This document shows positions 12,565-26,054 of a DNA stretch of 64,000 nucleotides, one piece after another (position 1 is the stretch's first letter; each line of letters begins with the position of its first letter). Location: positions 877,793 through 941,792 of the forward strand of contig MU053493.1 in NCBI GenBank assembly GCA_013239625.1, given 5' to 3'. Under the pieces are notes generated by a model that was given only the letters and a program-made list of their open reading frames with translations, was not told the origin of the DNA and did not search any database. The translations under genes were made by a program, and so were the position numbers. The stretch is from Lama guanicoe (lineage: Eukaryota).

Positions 12565-12697
12565 ATTTTGTTTGGGGGGTAATTAAGTTTATTAATTATT
12601 ATTATTATTATTTATGTAATGGAAGTACTGGGGATTGAACCCATGACTTTGTGCATGCTGAGCAGGCGCTCTACCACTGAGCTATACCTTGTCCCCA
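12565..12697 (-). mobile_element. Vic-1-like tRNA SINE
   Basis: ggggattgaacccatgac...gcgctctaccactgagctatacc; flanked by gaacttt repeats. Confidence 0.85.
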
Positions 12698-14199
12698 GTA
12701 ATTTCCGAACTTTTGACAGTCAGTTGTTTTGGCAACATTTTAGATATTCACAATATGATCTTGGCAATTTGCGCCCATCTGGGAAAAAAATGTTGGAATA
12801 CGAGCTAATATGGCACAGAAAATAAATCCTAAATAATCTAAATCTCAAACTCTAAGAAAGAAAACATAAAAATACTAGAAAAGCAATGACATTTTTATTA
12901 ACAAGTGGAACGGGGAAGGTTTCATTTTAAACTATTATACAAAACCCAAAGCCATGAAGATATTGGTTAATTAGCTATATGAATAGGATAAATTCTGCTT
13001 GAAAAAATGGGTAAAATCAAAAGAGAAATGAGAAACAGGAACGAAACATTTGCAACTTCTATGACTGTAAAAGAGTGATACATATTCCCATAATATATAA
13101 AAGGTATCTATAATTTAATGATAACAAAGACCAAACAACCAATAAAAATGGGCAAAGGATAACATTTCAATTCGTAGGAAAAGAACATAAGAACAACTCA
13201 AGTGTCCCTTTCTTCTTTTAAAATGCAGACTAAATCCGTTGGCATGCAGTTTTTACTTATCAGATTTGACAAGTGAATGGAGAATATTATGGTTCATATA
13301 TCGTGGGTGGAAGTGCACTTGGGTGCAACCACTGTAAGAAACAAAAAGGTCCCATCTTATCAGAAATTAAAAACTCACATACTCTTTGTCTACTTTCCAC
13401 AAGCTCACATGTAAGTGAGGTGTGAGCACAATTACTTATAGCAACCTTGTTTGTAATAGCAATACATTAGAAATTCATAAATATCCATCAATGGGGAGCT
13501 GTTGACTTGAATTGCAAAGGACCCATGAAATTCAATATTATGCAGCAAATGAGAAGAAGGAGAAATCTCTATCTACACCACAGAAGAATGAAACAAGTGA
13601 AAACCACAAAGTGATAACAGTGGAAGACAGTGCATCTGATGTAAGCACACACAAGCCTGTAGGCTTGAAGACCCACAAAACCAATCACTGAGGTTGCCTC
13701 CCGGGAAAAGAAATGCCTGGGACACATGGAGGAAGGATGCCTTTCTTTTTGCTACAGACTCTCGAGTCTTTGAATTTTGTACCATGCACATATGTTTTCA
13801 GTTTAAAATGAATAAATTAAATGGCTACTAGAAAATTCAGTGGCGAAAAATGTAAGAAACATGATAAACTCCCACAATGCTTAGGACCATATTTGATTAG
13901 CTCTGTTGCAACTGCTACTGTTTATCGCTCACTGGGTGGGCATGAGTCTTTCACGGTAAAGCATGAAGAAAAGAGAATCTCCAGCAGAAGGCTCCAAGAT
14001 GGAAGAATTCAGTAAGTGAAGGAGCAGAGGAGGCTGGTAGGAATGTGGGAAGAAGTGAGGACAGAAGGAGCCAGAGCTAATAAGGGAGCCCATGAAGGAG
14101 ACACAACTACAACAAAGATTTTGGAATTTGCTTCAAAAGTCACTAGCATGTTCTAAACAGCACAGTGACAATGTCAGATTTAAAATTTTTAAAGGGCAT

Positions 14200-14825
14200 T
14201 CTTTTTTTAAATTATTGAAGTATAATCAGTTATAATGTGTCAATTTCTGGTGTATAGCACGATTTCCCAGTCATGCATATATAGACATATATTTCTTTTC
14301 ATATTGTTTTTCATTAAATGTTATTACAAGATTTTGAATATAGTTCCCTGTACTATACAGAGGAAATTTGGTTTTTCATCTATTTTTATATGTAGTGACT
14401 AACATTTGCAAATCTCAAACTCCCAAATTTATCCCTTCCTACTATCTTTCCCCCAGTAACCATGACATTGTTTACTGTCTGCGAGTCTGTTTCTGTTTTG
14501 TAGATGACTTCATTAATGTCCCCTTTTTTCCTTTTTTCTTTCTTTCTTTCTTTCTTTTTTAGATTCCACGTATAATTGTATCATATGGTATTTTTTCTTT
14601 CTCTTTCTGGCTTGCTTCACTGAGAATGACGATCTCTAGGTCCATCTATGTTGCAGCAAATGGCATTATTTTATTCTTTTTTATGGTTGAGTAGTATTCC
14701 ATTGAATAAATATACCATAACTTCTTCATCCAGTCATCTGTTGATGGACATTTTGGTTGCTTCCACATCTTGGCTGTTGTCAATAATGCTGCTATGAATA
14801 TTGGGGTGCATGTATATTTTCTTAA
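14200..14825 (-). mobile_element. L1 3' end
   Basis: Minus ORF FIAALLTTAKMWKQPKCPSTDDWMKKLWYIYSMEYYSTIKKNKIMPFAAT, with a poly-T start. Confidence 0.9.
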
Positions 14826-15009
14826 TGAAACAAGCAGGAGATGGGGCAAAAATATTTGGAATATGAGTAACAAAAAAGAGAATTGATAAGCAGATACTTT
14901 AAAAAATAATGAAAACAACACAAATAAAATTGGTTAGAAAATATAAATATGCAGTTCAGAGAAAATATGATATAATTGACTGATAAACATTGAAAAGGTG
15001 GTCACTATG

Positions 15010-15830
15010 CTGTAAGCCCTAAAACTGAATGTGCTATTTTGACATCTTCAAGCCTCACAGACCCCAAGGTCTAACCAGGAGTTCTCTTGCTCTCCAGATT
15101 GTCCCTACTCAGTGAGAAGGTCCCCCCACCTGGCTGGTATCCTATCAGCTGGACCAGCTGCACTCCACCTGGTCCTCACCCTAAGGGGCTTGACCTCCCT
15201 GCCAGCCCATGCAATTTTTCAAACAAGCCAATCACATCTTCCAGTGGGGATAAGAGATATTCCAACTTCTTTTTTTTAAACATTTTTTTTATTGAGTTAT
15301 AGTCAGCTTACAATGTTGTGTCAAATTCCAGTGTAGAGCACAATTTTTCAATTATACATGAACATATGTATATTCATTGTCACATTTTTTTCACTGTGAG
15401 CTACCACAAGACCTTGTATATATTTCCCTGTGCTATACAGCATAATCTTGTTTATCTAGTCTACATACGCCTGTCAGTGTACAAATTTTGAACTCCCAGT
15501 CTGTGCCTTCCCACCCCCTCCCCCTTGGCAACCACAAGTTGTATTCTATGTCTGTGAGTCTGTTTCTGTTTGTATTTATGTACCCCGACTTCTTGATACT
15601 GTGGAGCTTGCCTCCCGCAGCTCCTGCTTGTCCTCTAGTCCCAAGCACAACCCCTGTGTGGACCTGTGTGTGCGGTGTCCTCCCCCAATACTATGAGCAT
15701 AGGTGAATTATAAATTGCTACAAATCTTGTCTTCCCAGTGTCAGGTGTCACGTGTCTCACCACATTCAGGGCAGGGGATCTCTCCCTCACCAACAGGGTG
15801 AATTGGAGGTGACCAGAACTATCATTTCAA
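15010..15830 (+). mobile_element. Solo ERV LTR split by an L1 3' fragment (~15270-15580, minus)
   Basis: LTR-like halves either side of an L1 tail, with TSD-like ccaacttctt / ccgacttctt. Confidence 0.55.
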
Positions 15831-16359
15831 TGGAAATCAGAGAAATAGTAACTGAAACAACCATTACATGCAATATTTTTACCCAACAGACTCACAAAAG
15901 TATGAATAACATATAATAACCAGTGTTGGCAATACTCTGGGTGAGAATAAAAAATCAATGGTTTGTGTGTGGGGGGAGGGTGATAACTACTCATGACCTG
16001 TGACTTCTCATTTGCCTCCCATTTACTTTCTAGAAACCTTTACTTAGATGCACTGTTGACAACAGAGAAAGACTGGAGAGGACGCAGAGGTCCAGCAACA
16101 AGGGCATGGTTAATGAAAATGTCGATACAGCCATTGAAGTCATTCTTACAGACGGGCTAACTAAGCACATTCCCACCCTTCCTCTTATGCGTCTCTCTGT
16201 ATTGCAGAGACTGGAAAGCTGGAAACTGCATTGTGCTAGGCTCCTTTGGTTGCAAGCACGGCTTAGTTGCCAATTAGAAGTATCTATGTGTGATTTTGGT
16301 TTTGGGTTATTGTTACATGAACTAGAGGCAGCATAACGCATCAAGCATCAGGTTTTAAA

Positions 16360-17928
16360 TAAAGCACTTTAATTTTTAGAACAGAATACTGTTCTAAGAA
16401 ATCTACGTTTCAGAAATACATTTTAAGAAAAATTTAGAAGACAGTACAGAGAGCTCCCATAATACTCACTCAGTTTTCCCTATTACTAACATCTCACATT
16501 TGTTAAAATGAACAAGCCACTATTGATTTTTTATTATTATTAACTAAAACCCATAGTTTACTTACATTTTTCTTAGTTTTTACAGGCTGTCTTTTCCTGT
16601 TCCAAGATCCCATCCAAAGTCCCATGATATTTACTTTTTATGTCTCCTCAGGCTCCTCTTGGCTGTGACAGATGCCTGGTTTTTCACAATCTTGACAGAT
16701 GTGAGGAGTAGAGGTCAAGAATTTGTAGGCTGCCTCTCAAATTGAATTTGTCTGCAATTGTTCTCAGGATGAGAGTGGGGCTGTAGGTTTGGGGGATGAA
16801 GGCCAAAGAGGTAAAACGCTGTTTTCACCACATCATATCAAGGCTAAACTCTACCAACATCACTTAATCACTGTTGACGGTGACTTGACCTCCTGGCTGG
16901 GGTAGTGCTTGTCAGGTTTCTCCACCGTAAAGTTACTCTTTGCTCCTGTTTCCCATACTCTACTTTTTGGAATGAAGTCATTATGTTCGGCTCAGTCTTA
17001 TGGAGTGAGGACTTAGGCACACCAGAAGAGTTTCACCGCTCTGAAACTCCCCCGTGCCTTCCCTATTCAACCTTCCCACAATCCCAAGCCCCTGATGACC
17101 ACCGATCTTTTTCCTCACTCTGATTTTGCCTTTTTCAGCATGTCATACAATTGGGATCACATAATATTTAGCCTTCTCAAATTGACTTCTTTCACATATG
17201 CATTTACAGTTCACCTATGTCTTTTCCTAGTTTGATAGCTCATTTCTTTTGTTGCCAAAATAATATTCCATTGTCTGGAAGTTCCACAGTTCCTTTATCC
17301 ATTCACCTATTGAAGGACATCTGGGTTGCTTTCAGGTTTTTGTGTTTGTAAGTAAAGCTGCTAAAAACAGTTGCATGCAAGGCTTTTGTGTGAGCATAAG
17401 TTTTCAAATCAGTTATTACCTAGGGATGTGAATGCTGGATTATATGGTGAGACTGTGTTTCGCTTTGTAAGAAAATGTCAAACTGACTTCCAAAGTAGCT
17501 GAACCATTTCTCCTTCTCACTAGCAATGAAGGAGAGTTCCTGTTGTTCCACATTCTCTCTAGCAACTGGTGGAGTCACTTGCATAAGTCTTATAATGTAG
17601 GTATAGTAGTATCTCATTGTTTAAATTTGCAACTTTTGAATGACAAAATATTTTGGAAATTATTTTGTATTGCCATCAGTATACTTTCTTTGCTGAAATT
17701 TCTGTTCACATCTTTCGTCCAATTTTTTGTGTCATTGGGTTGATTGATTTCTCATTTTTGTGTTATAAGATGTTCATTGTATATTTTGCATATAAGCCCT
17801 TTATCACATATGTTTTGCAAACATTTTCTCCCAGTCTGTGACTTGTCTCTCATTCTCTGAACAATGTATTTTGCAAAGCAGATTGTTGAATTTTAATAAA
17901 GTCCAATTTATCCATTTTTCTTTTAAGG
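16360..17928 (-). mobile_element. Old L1 3' regions (L1M-type)
   Basis: T-rich antisense L1 3' UTR and ORF2-end motifs (ttatccattcacctattgaaggacatctgggttg; ENVEQQELSFIA). Confidence 0.75.
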
Positions 17929-17929
17929 G

Positions 17930-20900
17930 TCATTTCTTCATGATTCAGTCTTGGAAGTCTGCATGATTCTAAGGATTTATTCATTTCTTCTAAGTTATCC
18001 AATTTGTGGATGTGTAGTTTTTCATAGTATTTATTCCCTTATAATCCTTTGTGTTTCTGTGGTATCCACTGTTATTTCTCCTCTTTCGCTTATGATTTTA
18101 TTTATCTGAGCCTTGTTTCTTTATTTCTTAGTTGAGTCTAGCCAAAGGTTTGTCAATTTTATCTTTTTGAAGAACCAGCTCTTCGTTTCATTGATCTTTT
18201 CTACTGTGTTTTTAGTCTCTATTTTATTTATCTTCTGCTCTGATCTTTATTATTTCCTTCCTTCTACTGATTGTGGACTTTTTCTAGTTCCTTTAGATGT
18301 AAGATTAGACTGAGATTTTTCTTGTTCCTTGAGGTAGGCCTGTATTGCTATAAACTTCCCTCTTAGTAGGTACCGCTTCTGCTGCATCCCATAGGTTTTA
18401 GTATGTTGTGTTTTCATTTTCATTTACTTTCATTTACATTTAAAAACATTTCATTTACTTTCATTCACTTTCATTTACTTTCATTTACATTTAAAAACAC
18501 TTTACTTTCAAGTGTTTTTAAAGGTGTCCTTTGCTTTCTTTGTTGACTTTGTTCAGTAGTATGTTATTCAGTCTCCACTTATTTGTGATTTTTCAAAAAT
18601 TTTTCTTGTTAATTTCTAGTTTCATACCATTAAGATTGGAAAAGATGCTTGATATGACTTTAATCTTCTTAAATTTAGTGAGTTTGGTTTTGTATTCCAA
18701 CATATGATCTATCCTTGGGAAAGTTCCTTGTGCACTTGTGAAGAACGTATATTCTGCTGCATTTGGATGGAATGTGCTGTACAAATCTATCAACTCCAGT
18801 CGGTCTAATGTTTCATGTAAGACCACTGTTCCTTGTTGGCTTTCAGTCTAGACTCTCTCCTGATGTCAGTGGGCACTCAAGTCTGCTACTAGTATTGGCT
18901 GCTGCCACTTTCTCCCTTTTAGGTTTGTTAATAACTGGTTTATATATTTTGGTGCTCCTATGTTAGGTATATAAATATTAAAAACTGTTATGTCTTCTTG
19001 ATGAATTATCCCCTTTATTTTCATCTAACACCTCTCTTTCTCTCTTGTTACCTTTGTCGACTTGAAGTCTACTTTGTCTGCTATGATTATTACTACACCC
19101 ACTTTCTTTTGTCTGCCATTTGCTTAGAAAATCATCTTCCGTCCCTTCACTTGGAGACGACGTTTGTCTTTAGAGCTGAGGTGAGTCTCCCAGAGGCAGC
19201 ATACAGTTGGGTCTAGTTTCTTCAATCCATCCAGCCACTCTGTGTCTTTTGACTGGCAAATCCAATCCATTTACACTTAGGGCAATTATTGATAGGTGAG
19301 GACTGAGTACTGCCATTGTATCTTTTGTTTTCTGGTGGCTCTGTATCTTCATTTTTTTTTCCTTGTGTTTCTGCCTGCCATTTTGGCTTGGTGGTTTTCT
19401 ATGATGTTTTTCTCAGTTTCCCCCTTCTTTTTGTACATATGTCTCTGCTCTAGATTTATGTTTTGTGATTATCATGAAGTTTGTGCAAAGCATCTCACAG
19501 GTAAAATAGTCCTTTTTTCTGAGACAGCATTTTATCCTCACTTACCTATAGGATACTGTCCTTTTCCTCTTCCCCTTTTGTGTTTTTGTTTTTTCAAGTT
19601 ATCCTTTTTTATGTTGTGAATTTGTTACCAAATTGAAGTAACTATAGTTATTTTTTCTGTTTTTTATCTTTATTCTATAATAAAGTGTGTAAAAAGTATT
19701 CTGATGTTGAGTTGCAATTCTATGCTTCTGTCCATACACCTCCTTATTCAAAGTGTTGTGTACTGTTGCCTTTTTATGTCTGGTAGAAGAGCTCCTTTCA
19801 ATACTTTTTATAAGATATGTTTAGTGTCAATGAACTTCAACTTTAGATTTTCTGAGAAAGCCTTTATTTCTCTTTCATATCTGAATGACAACTTTGCTGA
19901 ATAGAGAATTCTTTGATGACAGTTTTTATCTTTCAGTATTTTGAGAATGTCACTCCCCTCCCTCCTGACCTGTATGTAGAGTTCCTGTTGGGAAATCTGC
20001 TGATAGCCTAATGGGAGTTCCTTTGTAGGTTATCAAATATTTCCCTCTGGCTGTCTTTAAAATTCGTTCTTTGTCATTGATTCTTCATAGTTTTAATATA
20101 ATGTTTTGGAGAAGATCTTCTTACATTGAGGTAATTAAGTGTTCTCTTAGCTTCATGGACTTGTATATCCAGTTCCTTCCCTAGGTTTGAGGCACTCTCA
20201 GTTATCTCAAATATTTCTTTAAATGATCTCACTGCTCCCTTCATCTTCTCTTCTCCTTCTGGGGTGCCCATCCCCTGATGTTGCCCTTCCTATAAGAGTC
20301 AGATATCTCCCATAGAATTCCCTCTTTTTCTTTTTTAGATCTTAGTTCTCTTTCTTCTTCTGCCCTCATCATTCTAGATTGCTTATGTTTGAGCTCTCTA
20401 GTTCTTTCTTCCATGGTCTGTTCTATTTCCAATGCTTTCTAATGCATTCTTCATCTTCTTTATTGAGTTCTTCAGCTCCAGAATTTCTGTTTGGTTCTTT
20501 TTTAGAGTTTCAACCTCTTTGGTAAACTATTCCTTCTGTTCATTAATTTTATCCTTGAGCTCATTGAACTGCTTTTCTGAGTTTTTTTAAGCTCGTGCAG
20601 TTTCTTCATGACAGCTGTTTTGAATTCTCTATCAGTTAGATCACAATGTTCTGTGACTTTAAGTTTTGTTCCTGGAGGATTGTCATTTTATTTTTGTGAC
20701 ACAGCATTACTGGTTTTACCATGATTCTTCATGATGCTTGATGAGTTGCTCCCCTGCTGGTACAAAGTCGCTAACACCTTTCTTCTTGAGGTAAAGTTGT
20801 GGGCTTGGGTTTAAAAAAAAAAATTATTCTAATGATTCAACAGGTAAGAAATTAGAGGTCTTTCTTTTGTTTTCCAGTAGGTGACCCTACAGCACACGTT

Positions 20901-21600
20901 TTTGGGTTTTGTTACCTGAGTTGCCTCTGGTCATATTTGGGAGTAGCACTTTGCATTCTCCACCTCCTCTGTCAGAGGCGTTGCTCAGTACCATTGTTAC
21001 TGCTCTGTGCCTCCAGGGGTGTTGGTGCCTTGCTGCTGCCAGTGTTGCTGGCTTCTACCACATCCAGAATCTTCTAAGTTGCAGGCTCTGCTGCCATAGG
21101 GAGTGGGAGAGGAGAGGGAGAAGATAGGGGAGGAGCTGGGGCTATGGGCACCTCCACCACGTCCAAAGCTGTCAAGTTCTTGAGCTCCAATGCTGTGGGT
21201 TGGGGGCAGAAGGCTACAGTCATGGGCACCACCATGGCTGGAGGGAGGTGGTCTCAGGTCACACTGCTGCTGTTGCCCAGTTACCAGTGGCCACAGATAC
21301 CTCTGTGGCCAGAAGGCCCAAGTTATACACACCGCCTCCCCTGCACCTGCTGAGTTCTCTGGGGCTGCATGGCTGGAGGTGCAGGATTACAGGCACTATC
21401 TCTGCTGTTCCCTCAGCTCTGCCTCTTCTATGTGTTACAGTCTACTCATATTCAGAAATGCAGATAAATGGAATTCTCCCGTGTCCTCTGGTGTGTTGGG
21501 CAGAGGCATTTTTACTGGGTTCTGGATGTTTTACTGGTTGTAGATTGAAGGCGAGAGACAAAGAAAGCATCTCACTTCACCATGATGCTGATACCATTTC
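17930..21600 (-). mobile_element. L1 5' half: 5' UTR, ORF1 and endonuclease of ORF2 (decayed)
   Basis: Minus ORFs: ORF1-like (PEGEEKMKG..FKEI...NLGKELDIQVHEAKRT); EN start (HLSIIALSVNGLDLPVKRHRVAGWI); EN (LIDLYSTFHPNAAEYTFFTSAQGTFPRIDHML). GC-richer 5' UTR at ~20900-21600. Confidence 0.88.
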
Positions 21601-21604
21601 TTCC

Positions 21605-24600
21605 TCTGGAAATGTTTGACAATGTTACATTTAATATTTAGTATTGTATCGCATTTTGTGTTACTTTTTGTGTGAGGTGTAAAGTCTGTGTCCTGATTTT
21701 TTAAAAAATTTCATATAGATATCCAGGTGTTCCAGCACCATTTGTTGAAAATACTATGCTTTCCCAGTTGAGTTGCCTTGGCTCCCTTGGCAAGGATCAG
21801 TAGATTATATTTATGTGGGTCTATTCCAGGTTCTCTGTTATGTTCCATTCACTTGTGTGTCTATTCTTTCAACAATCCCACATTGTCTTGATTACTGTAA
21901 CTTTACAGCAAGTCTTGAACTCTTGCAGTGTCAGTTCTTCAGCTTTGCTCCCCCTCAGTATTGTGTTAACTGTTCTGGGACTTATGCCTTCCCTTACGAA
22001 CTTTAGAATCAGCTTGTCGATACCTAACCATGTCTTTTTAGCGTTTTCATTGGGATTACATTCAATCTGCAGATGCACTTTGGGAGAATTGACATCTTAA
22101 CAATATTGAGTCTTCTAACCCATGAACATGGAATACCTTTCCATTTATTTACATATTCTTTGATTTCTTTTGTAAGTGTTTTGTTATTTTCTGCATATAA
22201 ATTCTGAACATATTTCGTTCACTTTCTACCTAAGACTGTCAGTTTGGGAATCTAATGTAAATGTTACTGTGTTTTTAATTTTCAGTTTCAAATTTCATAG
22301 CTGGCATATGGGGATGCAATTGACTTTTGTGTATTGACCTTTTATCTTGCAATTATATTATAATGACTTATTAATGCCAGGAGGTTAGTTGTTGTTAATG
22401 CTCTGGCATTTTCTACATAGATAATCATGTCATCTGTAAATGTCATAACCTGAATAATGGTCACCAAAGATAACTAAGGCATAATATATGGAACCTGGGA
22501 ATATTAACTTACATGAAAAAGGGAAATGGAAGATGTGGTTCAGTTAAGAATCTCAAGAGGAGATTATCTTAGATGATCATGTTGGACCCTAAATACAATC
22601 ACAATTGTTCTTATAAAAGGGAAGCAGAAGAATATTTGATGACGGAAAAAGAGAAGACAATGTGATGATAGAAGCAGAGATTCATGTAATGTGGTCACAA
22701 GCCAGTAAATGCAAGTCGCCACCAGAAGCTAGAAGGGGCAAGTGTCAGATTCTCCTCTGGAGCCTTTAAAATCTACTAGCTCTTTTTTTTTTTCCCCTGT
22801 AAGGTTTATTGTCAACCTCTAGCCTCCAGAACTGTAATAGAATAACAATGTGTTGTTTAAGCTACTAATACTGTGATAGTTATAGCAGCAATAGGGAACT
22901 AATACAATGAATAAGATAAGTTTATTTCTTCTTCTGAATCTATACAATTTTTCTTTTCTTCTTTTCTTTTCTATTGTACAAGCTACCACTTCTATTATAA
23001 TGTTGAACAGAAGGCGGGAGAGAGGACCTCCTTGCCTTGTTCATAAACTTAAGGGGAAAGTTTTTAATTTCTTACCAAAAAGTGTTGTTAGTTGTAGGGT
23101 TTTTATAGATTTTCTTTATCAAGGTGAGGCATTTTTCCTATGTTCCTGTTTGTTGACAGTTTATATCAGGAATAAGTTTTGGATTTTGTATTAATGATTT
23201 TCTATATCAATTGATATGATGACACGAATTTTCTTTTTTAGTCTGTTGATGTGGGAGATGACATTAATTGTTTTTCCAATGTTGAAGCCTGGCATGTATG
23301 AAATAAATCTCATTGGCTGTGGGGTATAATTTTTTTTCACATGGGTGGATTCAAGTTGCTACTTTTTTTTGAAGATTTTTGCATTTATGTTCATAAAATG
23401 TCTATAGTTTTCCTTACTAATAATGTCTTTATCTGGTTTGGTATTAGGATAATGCTGGTCTCATAGAAGGAGTTAAGAAATAGAAAATCTTTCATTGTCT
23501 CAAGGGAAATGTGGAGAATTGATATCTTCTTAAAAATTTGATAGAATTCATCAGTGAAACTGGTTCTGGTGCTGTATTTTTTGGAAGATTATTAATTAGT
23601 ATTTAGTTTTTAATATATATGTAGATTTTGATATATATGTAATTTTTAATATATATGTATATACATAGAAGACTATATAGACTTAATCAATGAGTTTTGG
23701 TAGTTGATACATTTCATCTAACTTATCAAATTGGTGGCCATATTGTTGTTTATTATATTTCTTTACTAGACTTTTAATGTCCAAGAGATCAGTACTTATG
23801 ACTCAACTTCAATCACTGATCTTAGTAACTTTTGTCTTTTATTCATTTCTTGGTTTGTATGAATGGGGTTTATCACTTATTTTGAACTTTTCAAAGACCC
23901 AGTTTTTTACTTTGTTGGTTTTTTCTATTGTTTTCCTGTTTTCACATTTAGTGACCTCGTCTCCAATTCTGTTTCTTTTCTTCTGTTTGTTTTAGGCTTA
24001 AATTTTCTTTCTGTCTGTAATTTCCTATGCAGGAAGTTTGGCTTATTGTTTTTAGACCTTATTCTTTTCTAACATATGCTTAAAGCCACAACATTTCCTC
24101 TAAGCACCATTTTCACTGTCTCTCTCACATTTTGATAATTTATATTTTTATTATGACTTAGGAAAAAATCTTTTTAAAAAATTTTCTTGAGGCTCATTCT
24201 TCACCCATGTGTTAATCTAGAAATTTTCAGGATTTTTAAACTATATTTATAGAATTTCTAGTTTAATTCCAATGTCATCTGAGTTTATATTTTATATAAT
24301 TTGTATTTGTTTAAACATATTACAGTATATTTTATGACCCAGAATATGGTCTAACTTGGTGAATGTTCCTTGGGAACTTGAGAAGAATGTATTCTACTGA
24401 TGTTCAATTAAGTAGCTATAAATGTTAACTGGATTCAGTTGGTTGATGGTATTCTTTAGTTCAACTGTACACTTACTGGTTTTCTGCCTGTTGAATCTGT
24501 CAGTCATTGATGGAGGGGTATTAATGGTCCCCAACTATAAGTATTCATTTGCCTATTTCTCCTTGCAGTTCTAGCCATCTTTACCTCATGTATCTTGACA

Positions 24601-25925
24601 CACTGTTGTAAGTACATACACTTTTACTATTGTCACATCTTCTTGGAGAACTGACCTATTTTACCATAATACAACTCTTCACCACTTTACCACTAATCTT
24701 TTTCCTTGTGACATCTGCTTTGTCTTAAATCAATATAGCTACCCCAGATTTCTTTTAATTACTGTTGGTATGGGATGTCTTTCTCTTTCCATTTAGTTTT
24801 ATTTTCCCTTTTTTAAAAATTGTGGTAAGATATACATAACATAAAATTTACCATCTTAACCATTTATAAGTGGACAGTTCAGGAGCATTAAATGCATTCA
24901 TAAATGTGTTCAATCACCATCCACCCTTTTTACTCTTTTCATTTTGTTAAACTTTAATTTTATACCCAGTAAAAAGTATCCCCAATTTCTCTCTCCCTGA
25001 ACTCCTGGCAATCATCATTATTCCTTCTGTCTCTATGATTTTAGACTAGTCTAAGTACCTCCTATAAGTGAAATCACACTACATTTGTCTTTTTGTGGCT
25101 GACATACTTCACTTAAGATAGTGTGTTCAAGCTTCATCCATGTTGCGCCATATGTTAGAACTTCATTCTGCTTTAGGCTGAATAATATTTCACTATATGC
25201 ATAAACCCATTTTGCTCACCTATTCATCCTTCAGTGGACACTTGGATGGTTCTATGTTTCAGCTATTGTGAAGCAATGTGATGCTGCTATGCGCATGGGT
25301 GTACAAATATCTCTTCATACCCTGTTTTTTAATTCTTTTGGTATATACTCAGAAGTAAAATTGCTGGATAATATGGTAAGATTCTCTTTGTCTTTTGAAC
25401 ATTTGATTATAATGTGCCTCAGGGTGATGTCTCTTTGAGTTCATCTCATATTGTGTTTGTTGAGCTTCTTAGATGTTTATATTCATGTCTTTTATGAAAT
25501 TTGGGAAGTTTTCAGTCACTATTTCTTCAGATAACTTCTCAGCCCCTTCAACTTTCTTTTGTCCTTCTGGGGCTTCCTCAGTGCATATGCTGATCTGATT
25601 TATGGTGTCCCACCCGTCCCTTAGGCTCTGTTCACTTTTCTTCAGTTACTTCCTTTTTTCTGGATAATTCCCAATGTCCTGACTGCTAAGTTACTGATTC
25701 CTTCTTCTGCCTGCTCAGATTTGCCTTTGAACATATCTAGTGATTTTTTTCATTTCATTTATTGTACTTTGCAGCTCCAGGATTTTTTTTTAAATTGTCT
25801 ATCTAGTGGTATTTCCATTTTGTTCATATATCTTTTCTTTAATCTTTCTCCACATTTTTCTTTAGTGCTTTGAGCATCTTTCATACAGTTATTTTAAATT
25901 CTTTGTCTAGTACATTTGCCATCAG
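21605..25925 (-). mobile_element. Older L1 ORF1/ORF2 body, interrupted by an MLT1 LTR and another L1 3' end (~24810-25380)
   Basis: Minus ORF DKLILKFVR..PR...ILR...LTLQEFKTCCKVTVIKTMW and continuous antisense L1 composition. Confidence 0.8.
22445..22906 (+). mobile_element. MaLR (MLT1-like) LTR
   Basis: gagattatcttagatgatc..gaccctaaatacaatcaca...gccaccagaagctagaagg...gcctccagaactgt...tatagcagcaatagggaactaataca. Confidence 0.8.
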
Positions 25926-26022
25926 GTCTATTGAGCTAATTAAACAGAAAACCACTCTTACCACTCTTAACTACTTCGTACTTGATCCCTTCATTGGCAT
26001 TTTAGAATGCTGCATTTTTAAT

Positions 26023-26054
<32 letters not shown>

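Larger units (their letters stand above)
10190..13815 (+). mobile_element. Ancient, highly decayed L1 (ORF2 to 3' UTR), interrupted by an LTR and a SINE
   Basis: A-rich plus strand with L1 ORF2 remnants (PKSIIMLNG..PEVLPLKAGARLG; atatgattgtatacccagataaacc; atccatcaatgggg). Confidence 0.65.
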
